Assembly: GCA_951406725.2 (NCBI GenBank)
Contig: OX597815.1
Location: forward strand, 58,032,001 to 58,096,000
Origin: Octopus vulgaris
Taxonomy: Eukaryota
Direction: 5' to 3'
DNA length: 64,000 nucleotides
Shown: one piece after another, positions 36,137 to 50,576 of the stretch
How the letters are laid out: the number at the start of each line of letters is the position of its first letter
How positions within the stretch are numbered: the first letter of the stretch is position 1
Translations under genes and position numbers: made by a program
The notes under the pieces: generated by a model
Databases searched by the model: none
What the model saw: only the letters and a program-made list of their open reading frames with translations
What the model was told of the DNA's origin: nothing

Positions 36137-38512
36137 AAAATTTCGGTCAAACAAGCGTTTGACCCGGTCATAAAAACAACAAAAAAAAATGTAATAGGTG
36201 TAAAACAATTTCCTCTAAACGAATATGACAAAAAAATGCGCGCTCGCGAAAGGGGGTGGGTTGGGGAAAGGCATCGGAAAATTCACATTGTGAATTTCCG
36301 AAAGCGTCTGAGGGTCTGACCCGGGCACAAAAAAAAAAAAAATAGTGTAATAGGTGTAAAATAATTCCCTCTAAACGAATATGACAAAAAAAAAAATGCG
36401 CGCTCGCGAAAGCGGGGTGCGGGAGAGGACTCGGAAAATTCACATCGTGAATGTACCGAAAGCGTCTGACCCGAGCACAAAAACAAAACAAAAAAATAGT
36501 GTAATAGGTGTAAAACAACTTGTTCTAAACGATTATCAAAAACATACACACACACAAAGAGAAATGGTTGGTTCAAGGCAAGTGTGCATTGAGCTGAATT
36601 TAAATAAGCAAGAAAGATATTATCAAAGAAAAGGCCATAGCACCATCTTTCGTATCTGTTGTTGTTGTTAATATTATCATCATTATTATTACTATGGAGT
36701 TGAATGTGTGTGTGGTGAAGTTATTAATATCAATATCAATACATTAACCAACACCATTGAAGTGAAATAATAGTTTCTATACTTTTGGTTTGGCACTGCT
36801 AAATTGAGTCAAAGACTATATAATACAAGTCAGCAGAAAAAAAAAAAGAAAAATGCGATATCCATAACAGTAAAGAAATAAGACCTCCCCCAAACAGTAA
36901 CCCTTGTGTTTAAAATCTCCCTAACAAAAAGAAGAGAGGTTGTTTGGCTATGGGCTACATTGATTTTTTCATGTTGTGGTTTAGCCAAAAAGTTTGCTCA
37001 AATCAAGTAAACTTATGAACCAAAGGTAGCCTAGCCATGACCATCTCAATGGTTTTCTTTCTTTTTGTCAGACATGGCACTTAGGACAAGTGCCTTCTAC
37101 TCTACCTGACCCCAGGCTGACCAGTGCCCAGTGAGAGAATTTGGTAGATAGAAACTGTGGAAGTCTGTTGTATGTGTGTGTCTTTATACTCCACGCTCAC
37201 TACTTGACAACTGGCATTGGTTTGTTTACATCCCTCTAACTAAGCAGTTCAGCAAAAAAAAAAAGCCCAACAGAATAAGTACCAGAGTTTTAAAAAATAA
37301 GCATTGGGGTTGATTTGTTTGAGTAAAATCCTTTAAGGCAAAGCCCTAGCATGGCTGCAGTCCAATGACTGAAACAAGTAGAAGAGAGTGGTGTACCAAA
37401 GATTATACCATTCAATGTGTTCTAATGCTCCTCTTGAGTCATTGCAAGTGAACATGTGCAATAAAGACATGAGTAGAGAAGCTCCAGAGTGATACCATTC
37501 AGGGAAGGATTGAACATAATTTTTAGAGAAGAAGAGAGACAAGGGTAAGAAATGCCTGATTGTGATGGTGCAAACCTCACCCAGGTCTGAAGATAATAAG
37601 TTGTAATTTTGTTGTTTATACCTAAAACATGGACTGCTTGTTTATACCCAAGAAATGGACTTGCTGTTTGTACTCAAGAAACGTGCAACGCACAGGTTAT
37701 AATTATTTCTAAAAAAAATAATTTAAATGTATGTGAAAGAGAATTTAATAACACAAACTGTCTGCATAAAGAATTAAAAAAATGAAAAAGAGTGGCAAGT
37801 TTCGTAAATAGGGGCAGAGTAAGGTTGAATATTTAAGAGAATTTACAGCATGTAAGATGTTTGTAAGCAATTCCAGAACAACAAAAGCCATTACTTTCAC
37901 TGCAAAATTTAAATTTCGTTTGTGTCTAAATATTTTCGGTCTTTGAAACCATGGCAAACCCCTGACAAAAACTTGTGCTGCATCTCTTTTGTCAGTGAAC
38001 AAGTCTCAGATTTCAAAGCGACAAAAATATCGACATTGAAATGAGATTTAAATGTTGCAGTGAACCAACCATTTCTCTTTGTGTGTGTGTGTGTGTGTAT
38101 GTTCTTGTTAATCATTTAGAACAAGTAGTTTTACACCAATTACACTATTTTTTAATTTTTTTCCAGCCTGGGTCAAACACTATAGTTTAAAGGCCATGGA
38201 CTGAAGGTGTGAATTTTCCAAGTACTCTCCCCCACCCCCCTTTGCGAGCATGCATTTTTTTGTTATATTCGTTTAGAGCAAGTTGTTTTACACATATTAC
38301 ACTATTTTTTTTTTGTTTTTGTGCTTGGGTCAGATTCTCAGACGCTTTTGGAAATTCACGATGTGAATTTTCCGAGGCCTCTCCCCTACCCCACTTTTGC
38401 GAGCATGCATTTTTTTTGTCATATTCATTTCGAGGAAATTATTTTACACCTATTACACTACTTTTTTTTGTTTTTATGACTGGGTCAAACGCTTTAGTTT
38501 GACCAAAAATCC
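36137..38512. mobile_element. Pair of inverted arms (36137-36530 and ~38110-38512) built from ~165-bp tandem subrepeats
   Basis: ggtcaaacaagcgtttgacccggtcataaaaac matches the reverse complement of 38470-38505; internal units gtaataggtgtaaa...ggaaaattcac repeat in both arms. Confidence 0.7.
37075..37390 (+). mobile_element. CORE-type SINE lacking its head, degenerate
   Basis: Matches the reverse complement of the 23490-23877 family through cagtccaatgactgaaacaagtagaagag. Confidence 0.7.
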
Positions 38513-39084
38513 TTTTGATTAGCTACTTTGTCAAAGGGATATTTTTAGTGAAATTAACTGTTATTTTTGCATTGTTCATTTCTGTGTTGATGTTGATTTT
38601 ATGATTGCTTTTGTTGTTCGTCTTTGTGTTAGTTCTATGAAAAGGTATGAATTTATCAGTTGGGCTATCAATATGTGATATTGCTGTTTAAGATTAGTGG
38701 GTGTAATAATAGGGAGATTGAGCTAAAGTAACAGAAAATATTCGGTTCACATTTTCTATAAATTCAATTATGAAAATAAACGATAATTCTTTGTGCACCA
38801 AAAATATTCTCCCTCACACACACACGCCTCGGGCATCAAACAAACTGATATGAGTTAAAAGAAAAGGAAAGGTACGTTGAACACGACGACCGTCCTCAAC
38901 ATCAACATCTATAGTAATATACTACAATAACATTTACTATTTTCCTCCAGTTGAGAAAGATTAATAGAGTAATAGTTCCATGATATAATCACTGAAATCT
39001 GGAGTTATCAAGTTTATTGACATTTTTGAATATTTCTTCAAAGATAGTTTTTCATGCCAATTAGAAAAATCTCAAAGTACAAAT

Positions 39085-39203
39085 GCTGTTGGAATTGACT
39101 TTGCCTTTCATCCTTTCCGGGTCAATAAAATAAGTACTAGTTGAACACTGGGATCAATGTAATCAATTTATCCTTTCTCTTGAAAATGCTGGCCTTGTGC
39201 CAT
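39085..39203 (+). mobile_element. SINE fragment with Nin/Deu-like domain
   Basis: ttgactttgcctttcatcctttccgggtcaataaaataagtac; related 3' piece at 44510-44580. Confidence 0.55.
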
Positions 39204-39689
39204 GTCTCTAAATTCCACACTTAAAACCAGCTGTTTTTTTTTTTATCTAATTGGAGAATATGTGCTCAGGCTTTATGGAGAAAGTTACATGCTCTAAGCT
39301 AAGATCTTTCCATTTATCTGACTAAAACTGCAGAAATGTAAGCTTTATTTTTAACCCTATAAAACTAACAAGTTTTTGAAAGGATTAATTTTCAAAACTT
39401 TCAGTGTTATTCCGCTCAACTTTATATCAAAATTACTGCCTATTTAAGGGTTTTTTTCTTCCTACTAATTAAAATACCTCATCTCCTCTTTCAACTAAAT
39501 GCTGAGCACATCAACAAGGAAACATCCCTATGAGGTTACTGTATCTGCTAGAAATCTCTCTCTCTTTGTTTTAAAATACATATAGGAAGGACATATTGGA
39601 CACTCCCACAACAGAAATGTTAAGACCTATTCTTCTGGTGGTGTACAGCATTTGTAACAGAGTCACATAAAAGCAGCCAAATGCTGTAA

Positions 39690-39903
39690 TGTAAAAGTGC
39701 TGTGTGGTGGCAAGTAAAAGTGCCCATCAAGTGACATGTAAAAGTACCCATGCAGTGCCACATAAAAGCATCCAGCGCACTCTGTAAAGTGGTTGGCAGT
39801 AGGAAGGGTATCCAGCTATAGAAACCATGACAAATTAGACTGGAGTCTGGTGCAGCCACCCAGCTCTGATCAGCATGGACAATGGATGTTAAATGATGAT
39901 GAT
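39690..39903 (+). mobile_element. RTE/SINE shared 3' tail (old, CpG-decayed)
   Basis: gtggttggcagtaggaagggtatccagctatagaaac...gatgttaaatgatgatgat. Confidence 0.8.
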
Positions 39904-42450
39904 ATGTCATTAGTAAAATTTTTAGCCAGTGAAGCATTTTGTGTACAAGTGTTGGAACAAAAATAGTAACTCCCTTGTTCACTTGTGAACATCATTATTT
40001 TTGATAATGCTCAACTGATAATGCTAGTTGATTGATTATAATTTAGATTTATCTGTTCTGCAATTGGTATGTTTATGAATGGTTATCTTTTTCTAAAATT
40101 TTTTTCTTGGAATTTGAAGTTATTCAAAGTTAGACTTCAGCTTTTGACTCACAGTCATATTATCTCCTCTCTCTACCTGTTCTACCACTATGTCTGCTCC
40201 TCAGAGCTGGTTGGCTACATGCCATCTACACCCAGATACCCTTGAAACACATTTCTCCTCTTTCCATGATCCATGTTATATCCACATACCCTCAGGCCCC
40301 ACACTAACCACTACACCCAATCATTCCTCCCCAGAACATCAACTTCTTGCACTTCCTTCATTGTCATTTTCGTTCTTCCAGTTGTTGACTTGCAATAGTT
40401 TAAGTGAAACGTTAACAGTATCAACCCCACTGGTCTTGGAGGGCCTGTAGAGACCATGGTACTGCTTCTTATGAGACCTAGTTAATAAAAAAAATACAAT
40501 TGAAAAAAAATATGTTGCCTGGATTCATTGTCCATTTGTTATCATTCTGCAAATTTGATTACTTTATCGTTCTGATTTCTTGAGAAATAATTTTTTCAGT
40601 TCATCTTTCATCATTGCAACTTAAGTTACCTCATTATCTCTTGAAAACCACCATCTGTGTGAAACAGAAGTCCCTCTACCTCAGTTTTTACTTCTTGGCA
40701 CAACAGAGAATAGATTTGATAGCTTGAGGCAGTGTTTTTGTATGTAACTTTTACATATGAATCATACAGTACATATTCTTTACACTAGGGCAGTGCTCTG
40801 CAACCAGTATACTGCAGCACATCTGTGTGCCATGAGATAGTGCTAGGTGTGCGGCAGTGTAACCTGAGTATAATTTTTTTCCCTATACTTTTAGTTATAT
40901 TTTTAGTTCAGGTGTTTCTGAAATTTTCTTATTTCCTATATCATTTTGCATATCAAATATCCTTTGAACAGTTTCATTTGATAGTGATAGAATATATAAG
41001 ATCTTTGCCACATTTTCTCATAACATGCAGCCAATAAGATCTTTGCAATAGGATAAGATTGAAGTGTTTGTGATTGTGTGAGGTTTCTTATTTTTCACAT
41101 TTTTGCGGACAACCATACAGTTGGCATTTTGGCTTCATGTCATTGATACATTTGCCCATATTTCATGCCTTTTATTTGGCATATAATTATTCTTTGTCAT
41201 TTAGATCAAAATAAGATGACAAATGCTGTTTCATAACACATTGTGGAATACCTTCACTTCTAGTATAATTACAAGCAAAATCAAATTTGATGGATGACCA
41301 TAGGATATCATTATTACTTAGGGCGAACAATTATTTTAGGGGTTAGTTGCTGATTACACAGCAAACAAGTACATCAAGCTGATCTGTGCTAAAACTTTAT
41401 TATGCTTTTATAAACTTAGAAAAGATATTGCTTTTATTCAATTCAACACATTTATCAGAAGTTCAAAAGCAATTTTTGAAAATATGTTTTCTGGGAATGT
41501 GAAGTCTGTTGGCCTCTAAAGTCAAAAAAAAAACTCAGTCAAGGTGAATGACTATGACTGACTCTAATGTACAGTGATGGTGTTTGCTATGTCTGGTTTA
41601 TAGGCACGTGAATTGCAGTTATTTGGTTGTGATTACTTCAGAATTCCAATGTTTTTGCTATCCCTGCAATTTCTCCTGAATATCTCTGGAGGAATATATA
41701 TCCTGGTTGAGAAACCCTGGTCTAGTTGGTGTAACCAGCCCAGTTATGATTCATAGTGTAGTTTAGTTTTTTCCAGTTTGCATTGAGGTTGCTTTCAGAG
41801 ACTTTTGAACATCTGCTTACCCCAGATGTAGAAGTTTTGACAATTCATAAATCATTAATACTATAACCTGTTACTAAATATTGTCATAAGTGTTTTGTAC
41901 TCCTCTGCAATAATAAGCTCATCTCATCCCTATATAAAACTGTTGTATTCTGTGTAGGGAGTCTGCAACTGCTAAGGCTTCTCCTATAGGAGAATATGGT
42001 TTCAGTTGGATGTATAACTTTTGCCAAATACAGTGGATTTTGAACCTGTATGATGATAAAATAGCTTCAAATTAAGACAGTTGCATTGCTTTTGAAAGAT
42101 CCAGAATCCAATTTCTGCTTTTGATGAATAAAGTTGATGCATTGAAATCAGAAATGCTTACATCTTTAATTTTACTTGCAATAACAATTTTCAGTTCTTT
42201 GAACAAAGTGCTAAGGTCTTTGTTCTCTTTAAATGGTGTATCTGGTTTTAGCAATTGTTCAAATGATGAATCTGTTAACATGGGTGATAATAAATCAATA
42301 AGATTTATTTGTTAATATATGTTAGTTTCATGAATGGTTGAAAATAGTCAGTTGTCTATATATAACATGTAAGTGGATGTTGTTGAGTTCTTCACTTCTG
42401 GTTTTGATGTGTGTTTCTAGTGCCTCATTATACATTTCAAGTAGAACTTG

Positions 42451-43007
42451 AGAACTAGTTCCAGAACTAGAGTTTCAGTTTTCCTAGATGACCTATAGTA
42501 GGTCATACTATTTTCATTCCACTTCAGACTACACATGTCCTTTGCATTCATAGCCCTAACTGGTTCATTCACTATAGAAAAGATTCATTATATCCCAGCC
42601 ATTTTCTGTAGTGAAACTTATGAAAGAAACAAACAACCTTCTTGAAGTTTTCAATTATTTCAGTTCCAAAGGATGGTGATGTCCACTTGTCTTAAAACTG
42701 CACTTTCACCTCAAGCTTTAAAAATATTCCAGAACTAGTTCCAGAACTAGAGTTCCAGTTTTCCTAGATGACCTATAGTAGGTCATACTATTTTCATTCC
42801 ACTTCAGACTACACATGTCCTTTGCATTCATAGCCCTAACTGGTTCATTCACTATAGAAAAGATTCATTATATCCCAGCCATTTTCTGTAGTGAAACTTA
42901 TGAAAGAAACAAACAACCTTCTTGAAGTTTTCAATTATTTCAGTTCCAAAGGATGGTGATGTCCACTTGTCTTAAAACTGCACTTTCACCTCAAGCTTTA
43001 AAAATAT
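42451..43007. repeat. Near-perfect 280-bp tandem duplication
   Basis: agaactagttccagaactag starts at both 42451 and 42731; one difference seen (tttc/ttcc). Confidence 0.95.
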
Positions 43008-43829
43008 GCAACTCTGTGCTCTTTAGAATTTCTCACACACCTTGATCCCATCCTAAAGTGGAACCAAATGGTCTCTGCAAAAGAAAATCAACTTATCATA
43101 GCCCCTTAATCTGTTAATCTTTTACATTTAGCTTCTGTTAACTCAAGTTTGTTTCATAAAAAACTGATAAACATTTAAAAGTTTCTATTGTTTTCAGATT
43201 ATCTTAGCTTATTTGATATTGTATGCATTGTTCTTTCAACCCCGATATAATGCCACTTATTATAAATAACTTGTAGGACCTTGTTTGGCCCTGCCTGGAT
43301 ATGAAACCATATCCACCTACTTGTTGCTTGCAAAGACAACAGGAAATTTCTTTTTCCTGTCAAGAGGGAACAGTGATTGATCTGTTTCCACTTGATCCTT
43401 GACCTCGCTGAGGTGGATGTCAATAGGAAAAATATTGACTACCATAAAGGGGAAAAAATCAATGGAAGGAAAAAAGTTGGTAAATATTTTGGTGTGAATG
43501 CAAATAGTTGTTTCATGGTAGCAGGGCATACTAGAAATAGCAGCCAAATCTTTCCTTTTTTGGAAAAAAAAGAGCCGTTTACGTGTGATTTCAATGTCAC
43601 ATTCGTTGAAAGCATGCAAAATAAACTGGAAAAGAAAAAAAGATCCGTGAAACAAAACTCCCTTAGTGGAAAACTTCGAGGTTCCCACCTTTTTTTTTTT
43701 GGAAAAAAGTGACTTGCGGCAAGTTTGGAAGTCAAGTATGTTGAATGCACTCCCCACCCAAAAAAGCTATGGAAAAAATTTATTCCACACTGAGGTATGA
43801 AATATTTACCGAAAGAATAAAATCTGATA

Positions 43830-44211
43830 CTCTTTACTCTTTTTTACTTGTTTCAGTCATTTTACTGTGGCCATGCTAAAGCACTGCCTTTAGTCAAACA
43901 AATCGACCCCAGGACTTATTCTTTGTAAGCCTAGTACTTATTCTATCAATCTCTTTTGCTGAACTGCTAAGTTATGGGGACATAAACACACCAGCATCGG
44001 TTGTCAAGCACTGTTGGGGGGGACAAACACACACATACATATATACGACGGGCTTCTTTCAGTTTCCGTCTACCAAATCCACTCACAAGGCTTTGGTCAG
44101 CCCGAGGCTATAGTAGAAGACACTTGCCTAAGGTGCCATGCAGTGGGACTGAACCCTGGAACCATGTTGTTGGTAAGCAAGCTACTTACCACACAGCCAC
44201 TCCTACGCCTA
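43830..44211 (-). mobile_element. tRNA-derived CORE-type SINE, full length
   Basis: Same family as 23490-23877; head aggcgtaggagtggctgtgtggtaag, (tttactc)n tail. Confidence 0.88.
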
Positions 44212-45796
44212 CTGATTATACCTATATTTTAATTTAATTCAAATTAATGTACTTCATCTTGAGGTGTGGTAAAATTTTTGTCAGTTGCCATCTAGGATAA
44301 TTTTAGTAACAAATCAATCAGGCAAGATGCATTAAGAATCTCAATTTTAGTGTTTATCTATAATGTTATTTCTTTTGCATCTGTTAATTAAATATATTTG
44401 CCCATAAAAGTCAAATTTACTCAGCAAGATCAGCTAAAAGTACATAACTATAAACCAGTGGTATATAAAGCACCCTGAGACAAAATTTCAAATCTATATA
44501 TAAAAATCATACTGGGGTCGATCTAATCGACTGGCCCCTTCCCCAAAAATTTTGGGCCTTATGCCTAGAGTAGAAAAGATTATATGGTATATAAATTCAT
44601 CAGTCAGAAAAGTATTCTATTTTTAATTTACTTTGGTAATTGTTTAGGTTTTCTATTGAAAAATACAATATTTGACTTTCACTTTGGCTTGATATGAAAT
44701 CTGTCAATTTTCTAAGATTAATTATTTGCTTATTTTTGATATATTGGTAGTCATTTATTACTTACCATAGATATTCAAATATTTAACAAATCCCAATGCT
44801 GAAACATAAGTTCAAAAGAAATGGAAGCAGAAAGAATGTGACGAAATAATTATTTGACGAAAAAACAAGAAATGACAACATGAACAATAATGAACATTTG
44901 AACTATTGATTAACTGTTTGACCAAAGTGTTTAACATATGAGTTAGAAAAACTGATAAAAAACGGCAGATCAATAAGTTTGTTAGCAGAGTAACTAACTC
45001 AATAACTAACAATAACAATAAAGGACCGAACCAGTAGGTGTGTTTATTATTACCAGCATAATGCTCTTCCCAAGGTTCAATAATATTTATATTCATATAC
45101 TTTGAATATTTATATTTATTCATTATTTACTAAATTATTAAAATTTTTATTAAGAATGGGGAACTGTGTACAAGTTTATATTTAGAATATTTTCAAGTAT
45201 CAGTCTCTAGTCCTTTTAACTTCATCCAATACACAATCACTTTTGCCATAGCCATCAAACAAAAGAAAGAAATAACACAGGATATCCAAAATGTAAACTA
45301 ACTGGCTCACATAGACCAAATCTGTGATCTGCATGGTCAACTTACATAAGACCTATATACAAAAAGAATAGAAAACATTTATGGCCTATGGTAATTTGCA
45401 TAATTTAAATGGAAATGAGTGAAGAGTAATAACTTAGAGTGGCCACTGGTATGAATATGTACAATAAAAACAGTAGTATATCAAATACCATACAAGATAA
45501 ATTCTTGAGTTATTGAAGCTCATATTCCCTTTGAGAGAAGAGTAAACAAATGCCAGCAGTGACCAACTCTGTTTAAATTACACTACGCTTTAAATGTATC
45601 CCATTCTTTTTGTATGCATCTGAGTATCTTGTCTGCCAGAGTTGATGTAGCACAACTACTGTGTTCATGATGCTTAAAGAGATAGAAACACATCCATAGC
45701 TGCTCTCTTGTCTCTAATAAGATTATCTTTTCTTACTGTCAGTTTTGGAAAATTTTTATATTTGAGATTATTTTCCCTTCTCATTTAGAGTTTCAG

Positions 45797-48700
45797 TCAT
45801 CATCATCATTTAACGTCTGTCTTCCATGCATGTATGGGGAGGACAGTTGACAGGAGCTAGCCAGGCAGAAGACTACCCCAGTTTATTGTGTCTGTTTTGG
45901 CAGGGTTTTTATGGCTGGCTGCCCTTCCTAAACCAACCACTTTGCAAGGTGAGCTCAGTGCTTTTTATGTGGCACTAGGACAGATGAGGTTAGTTTTCGC
46001 ATGATTTTTACGGCTGGATGCCCTTCTGAATGCCAACCACTTTACAGTATGGACTGGATACTTTTTATGTGGCAGCAGCACTGGGAGGGTCACCAAGTAA
46101 CTTGCAAGACAAGGAGTTTTAAGAGGAGCAGGGACATTTGAGGAGGGAACTTGTTGGAGGATGAAAGGTTAGAGTGTGACAGAGAGGCAGAAACAGGTGT
46201 CTTATTATAATGGAGGGGGCATTGGAGGAGGTGATGTGGTGTCAAATGATGAAAGGTGAGAACATGTCAGAAATAGAGAGGCAGAAACAGGTGTCTTGCT
46301 ATAGAGGAGGTACATGGTTACCCAGTGAGTGAAAGAGAGGTACAAGAAAGGAGACAGAAACAGGTGTGCTGATGTAAAGGATATACTTTATTACCTAGTC
46401 AGAGGGAAAAGCAAGAGAAGAATAGAGAGAGAGAGATAAAAAATGAGGGCAGAAACATGTGTGCTGCTGTAGAGGAGATACATGGCTATCCAGCCATAGG
46501 AAAAGAGAGGGAGAGTGGGAAACAGCAAAAGTACAAGAGAGAGCAGTAGAGAGATGGTGAAGTGCCAGGGTATACTCACAAGTAACAAGGATCAAAGCAT
46601 AGATGTGATGGTAGAGTAAGGAAGAGAGAGGTACAGAGTTCTTAATATACACAGTTGGGTTTTGCCTAGAAGGCACAAGTAAGGAGTGGGGATTGCAGTG
46701 ACTGGTGAAGACATGGGTATAAAAATGGGGTGGGGGAAAGCAGCAGGGCAGTGAAGAGGATTGGAAGAAATCATAGTTTATGCAGAGGAAATATGAGGAA
46801 GAGAAAGATGCAGTTTAGAAGAGATGTAGTTTGGGTGTGTGAAAAGTTTGTTGTTATATGTGGGTGGGATGCAATGTTTCTAGCACTCAATTTCGTTGAC
46901 ATGAGGGGGTCTACTCTAGAACCTCATACTGCCAAACACCTCAATCCATTGTCATTTCTGCTATGAGCACTAACATCCTAAGATTGGTCCTCACCACTTC
47001 ATCTTATGTCTTCCTGGGTGTCCCTCTTTCACAGATGTCATTCACTTTCAATGACAGGCACTTCTGTATGCAACTGTCTTTACTCATATGCATCACATGT
47101 CCAAACCAATGCATTCTCCTCTCTTGTATGCCATATTTAATCCCTCTTATACTTCACTTTTCTCTCAACACAGTTGCGCTTTGTTGGTTATGCACACTTA
47201 TGTTGCACATCCAACAGACCATACTACCTTCACTCCTCTCCAGTCTACACATGTCCTCAGCATTCAGAGCCCAGTCTCATTACCATGTAGTATAGTCGTT
47301 CTCACACAAGCATCATGCAATCTACCTTTCACTCTGAGAGAAAATCCTTTTGTTGTCAACAGAGGTAGTAGCTCTCTGAACTTCCTCTATCTTATTCTTA
47401 TTCTAGTAACTACTTTCAGTGTATCCACCACTGTTACTAATTTGGTGACCTAAGTAGCAGAGACTATCCACAACCTCAAGAGAGCCACCTGGACATTTGA
47501 TAGAGTCTAAGTCCCTCATGTTCTTATTGCTTATTCTTCCTGTGCATCTGCCACACTCAAAAATGACCTTATCTGTTAACCTACCTATGATTCCACTGCA
47601 TCTCTTATGTGTCCATAGCTTACACTTGGTGCAGCAAATGGAATTCCCACTCCTTTCCTAAATATTGAACAGGGCCATTTTCCTGATAGAAAGAGATCTT
47701 ATCTGCTTTCTTGTTAACAACAACTTAAGTCTTTGCTCAGTTAACTTTAAGGCCTTTTGATTCCGGGTTTTGCTTCCAAACCCAGAACTTCTTCTCCAAT
47801 TCTGCTTCAGTTTCTGCAATAAGAGTGAGGTCATTAGCATATAGCAGTTCCCATGAGCGTCCAGTTTTGAATTCCTCTGTTATGGCCTGAAGAACTATGA
47901 TAAATAAGAGTGGACTAAGAACTGATCCCTGGTGAAATCCAACTTGTAGACTAAAATCATTACTGTATTCAAGGCTGACTCTCACCTTACTGAAAGCATT
48001 GTTGTACATGGCTTGTATGGCTCTAACAAACAACTCCTCTATGCCTAGCTTCCTCAGAGACCACCAGACAAGAGAACGGGGAACCTTGTTGAAGGCGTTC
48101 TCCAGGTCGATGAAATCTAAGTATAATGGTTTACTTTTGGCCAAATACTTTTCTTGCAATTGTCTCACTAGGAAGATGGCATCTGTGGTACTTTTCCAAG
48201 GAACAAAACCAAACTGCATCTTGATGGTCCAGGGGCTTTCCCAGTCTTCATGTCCTTAATTGCTTTATCTATTATACTGCTATCAATTCTGATGACTGGT
48301 TCTTCAATTGGTTCGATATTTGAAAGACTCTCCTTCTCCCAATCATTCTCCACATTTCGTAATGACATCATAATGCCTTTCAGAATGGCATCTCCACATC
48401 TTTCTTCTCTGAGTTACTACATACCATTATCCATTTGCACACATTTCTCACCTACTACCTCTCTATTCTCTCTGATACACTGCTTTGCAATCCTGAATCC
48501 TCATGCTGTAAAACATTAGCAAACTTCTTATTATCTGCTATTCCTTTTGCTATGTAAACCTGTTGCCTGGATCCTGATATAATGCTCTGCTTCCACTGTT
48601 TTTCCAGTCTTTCCAAGCCTGTCTGTTTGTTTTTATAGCGCTGTCCACCTCCTTCATCCACCACCATATCACCCTTGGTCTAGCTGGGGCTTTGCACCAG

Positions 48701-49800
48701 CCACAGATTTGTTTAGCAGCTCCCAGTAAATTGTCTCACAGGAACTTCCAGTTGTCCTCTATGTTATATGTCCTTTCTTCCTCCTCTCTATCATTGTAAG
48801 CTTTTAGTAGAATGTCTCTAAATTTTTGTTGGTTTACTGGGTCTTTGAGCTTCCATAATCTTCTTTTCCAGCATGATTTATTTCTCTGAGTCTGACAAGC
48901 CATAATTCTGAAGTTACAAACGAGTAGCCTATGTTGGGGTGTACACTCTTCACCTGGGAAAGACTTCACATTTGAGAGCATCAGCCTATCTCATTGCCTA
49001 GTGAGGAGGTAATCAACCTGACTTATGTTCCCACCAAACTGATAAGTGGTTAGGTGGTTGGCTGGTTTTCTGAAGTTAGTGTTGCAAATCATGAGATCAT
49101 TTACATCACAGAACTCCAGTAGCCTTGTTCCCTTCTCATTCATGGTTGGCGTTAGGAAGGGCATCCAGCTGTAGAAACCCTGCCAGATCAGACTGGAGCC
49201 TGGTGCAGCCTTCTGGCTTCCCAGATCCCCGGTCGAACTGTCCAACCCATGCTAGCATGGAGAACGGACGTTAAACGATGATGCTGATGATGATGAAAGC
49301 CATAACCACCATGCACACCATGGGAATGCTGCCCAACATGTCCATTAAAGTTGCCAGCAACAATAACAAAGTCTCTGTCATTTGTCGTTGAGGTAGTCTG
49401 CAAAAGGACCTCATAGGCTTGGTCATGGTAAGTCTCTGGCTACCTCAATTATCTACAAACTTTTTTGCTAAGAGTATGCCCACATCATCTACTCCATCAT
49501 TCCTGCCTACCCAGAAGAATTTGAACCTCTGTTTCTTACCCATGAGGAATCTAGTAGAGGCACCTTTCTATCTCACTTCTTGCACACCACATACATCAAT
49601 ATGGTGGCACACCATCATTTTGATAATCTCACCAGATCTCACCTTCATTATGCCAATGTTGATGGTGGCAGCTCTAAAATTATGTACTTGGGAGGGACAA
49701 TTGGAAAATATTTGTGGGACTTTTATCCGTGTCTGCAAAGATCTGCGCAACTGCTTACTAGGTAGTGTAGAACATTCATACATCATGTAAACGATTCACT
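45797..49800 (-). mobile_element. Third RTE LINE: near full-length but decayed ORF (APE + RT), long 3' UTR and shared tail
   Basis: APE motifs INIGIM..DVCGVQEVR, AGNFNGHVG, NEKGTRLLEFC, QVDYLL; RT QFGF, GFHQGSVLSPLLF, LLYANDL; Cys/His-rich insert; (cat)n at 45797. Confidence 0.9.
49143..49295 (+). mobile_element. RTE/SINE shared tail inserted antisense into the APE domain of the third RTE
   Basis: Interrupts HGGYGF|..|NEKG; no TSD, and a few host bases appear to be missing. Confidence 0.9.
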
Positions 49801-50576
49801 GAAGTATAATTTCCTTGGTTCATCTTGTATTCAATTCAATGAAGTTCAATTTCCTCATTCCTATACAGCATCCAGATTAAGGGCCAGTTAAGAGAGGGGT
49901 AGGAAGGGCATCAAGTAGTCTTATATGTTTATATATATATATATACCATAGTACATCCTGTATTCAATTTGATGAAGTACAGTTACCTTACTCCCACACA
50001 GAATCCAGATTAAGGGCCAGTAAATAGAGGGGTAAGAAGGGCATGAAAGTAGTCATATGTCCATATGTATGCATATACACAGTATTAACCTTATATGTTT
50101 ATATATATACATAAATTGTATAGGTTTACATTTATAAACACTACACAGCATGGTATGAATCTTCCATATTAATACATAGACACACACACATACACACACA
50201 CAACCCCATGCATCCACACACATATATATACATACCCATATACCCACATACACATATAAATAAAGACATATGAACATGCAGTCCACATAAGTATACACAT
50301 ATGGTATGAATTTTACATATTCATACATACAGACACACATATACATATACACACACAATCCCATACATCCACATATATACACACATCCATATATCCACAT
50401 GCACATATATACACATATGAACATGTAATTCACATAAATGCACACATAGATGTAAATATATACATGCATTACCCCTCTCTTGATATCCTACGTTCTACTT
50501 GCCTAGAACCTGTCATCATTTCTCTGAACCACCCCTCCCCACTGGTGCTCCCCTATATATTTCTGCCCCCCCCCAT

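Noticed and set aside
40790-41720. hAT element between cagtgctctgcaacc and ggttgagaaaccctg
   Set aside because: The ends are hAT-like but match poorly and the 8-bp flanks differ; they cannot be shown to be one element.
43479-43810. MITE with ggtaaatattt / aaatatttacc ends
   Set aside because: Only an 11-bp inverted match with no convincing TSD.
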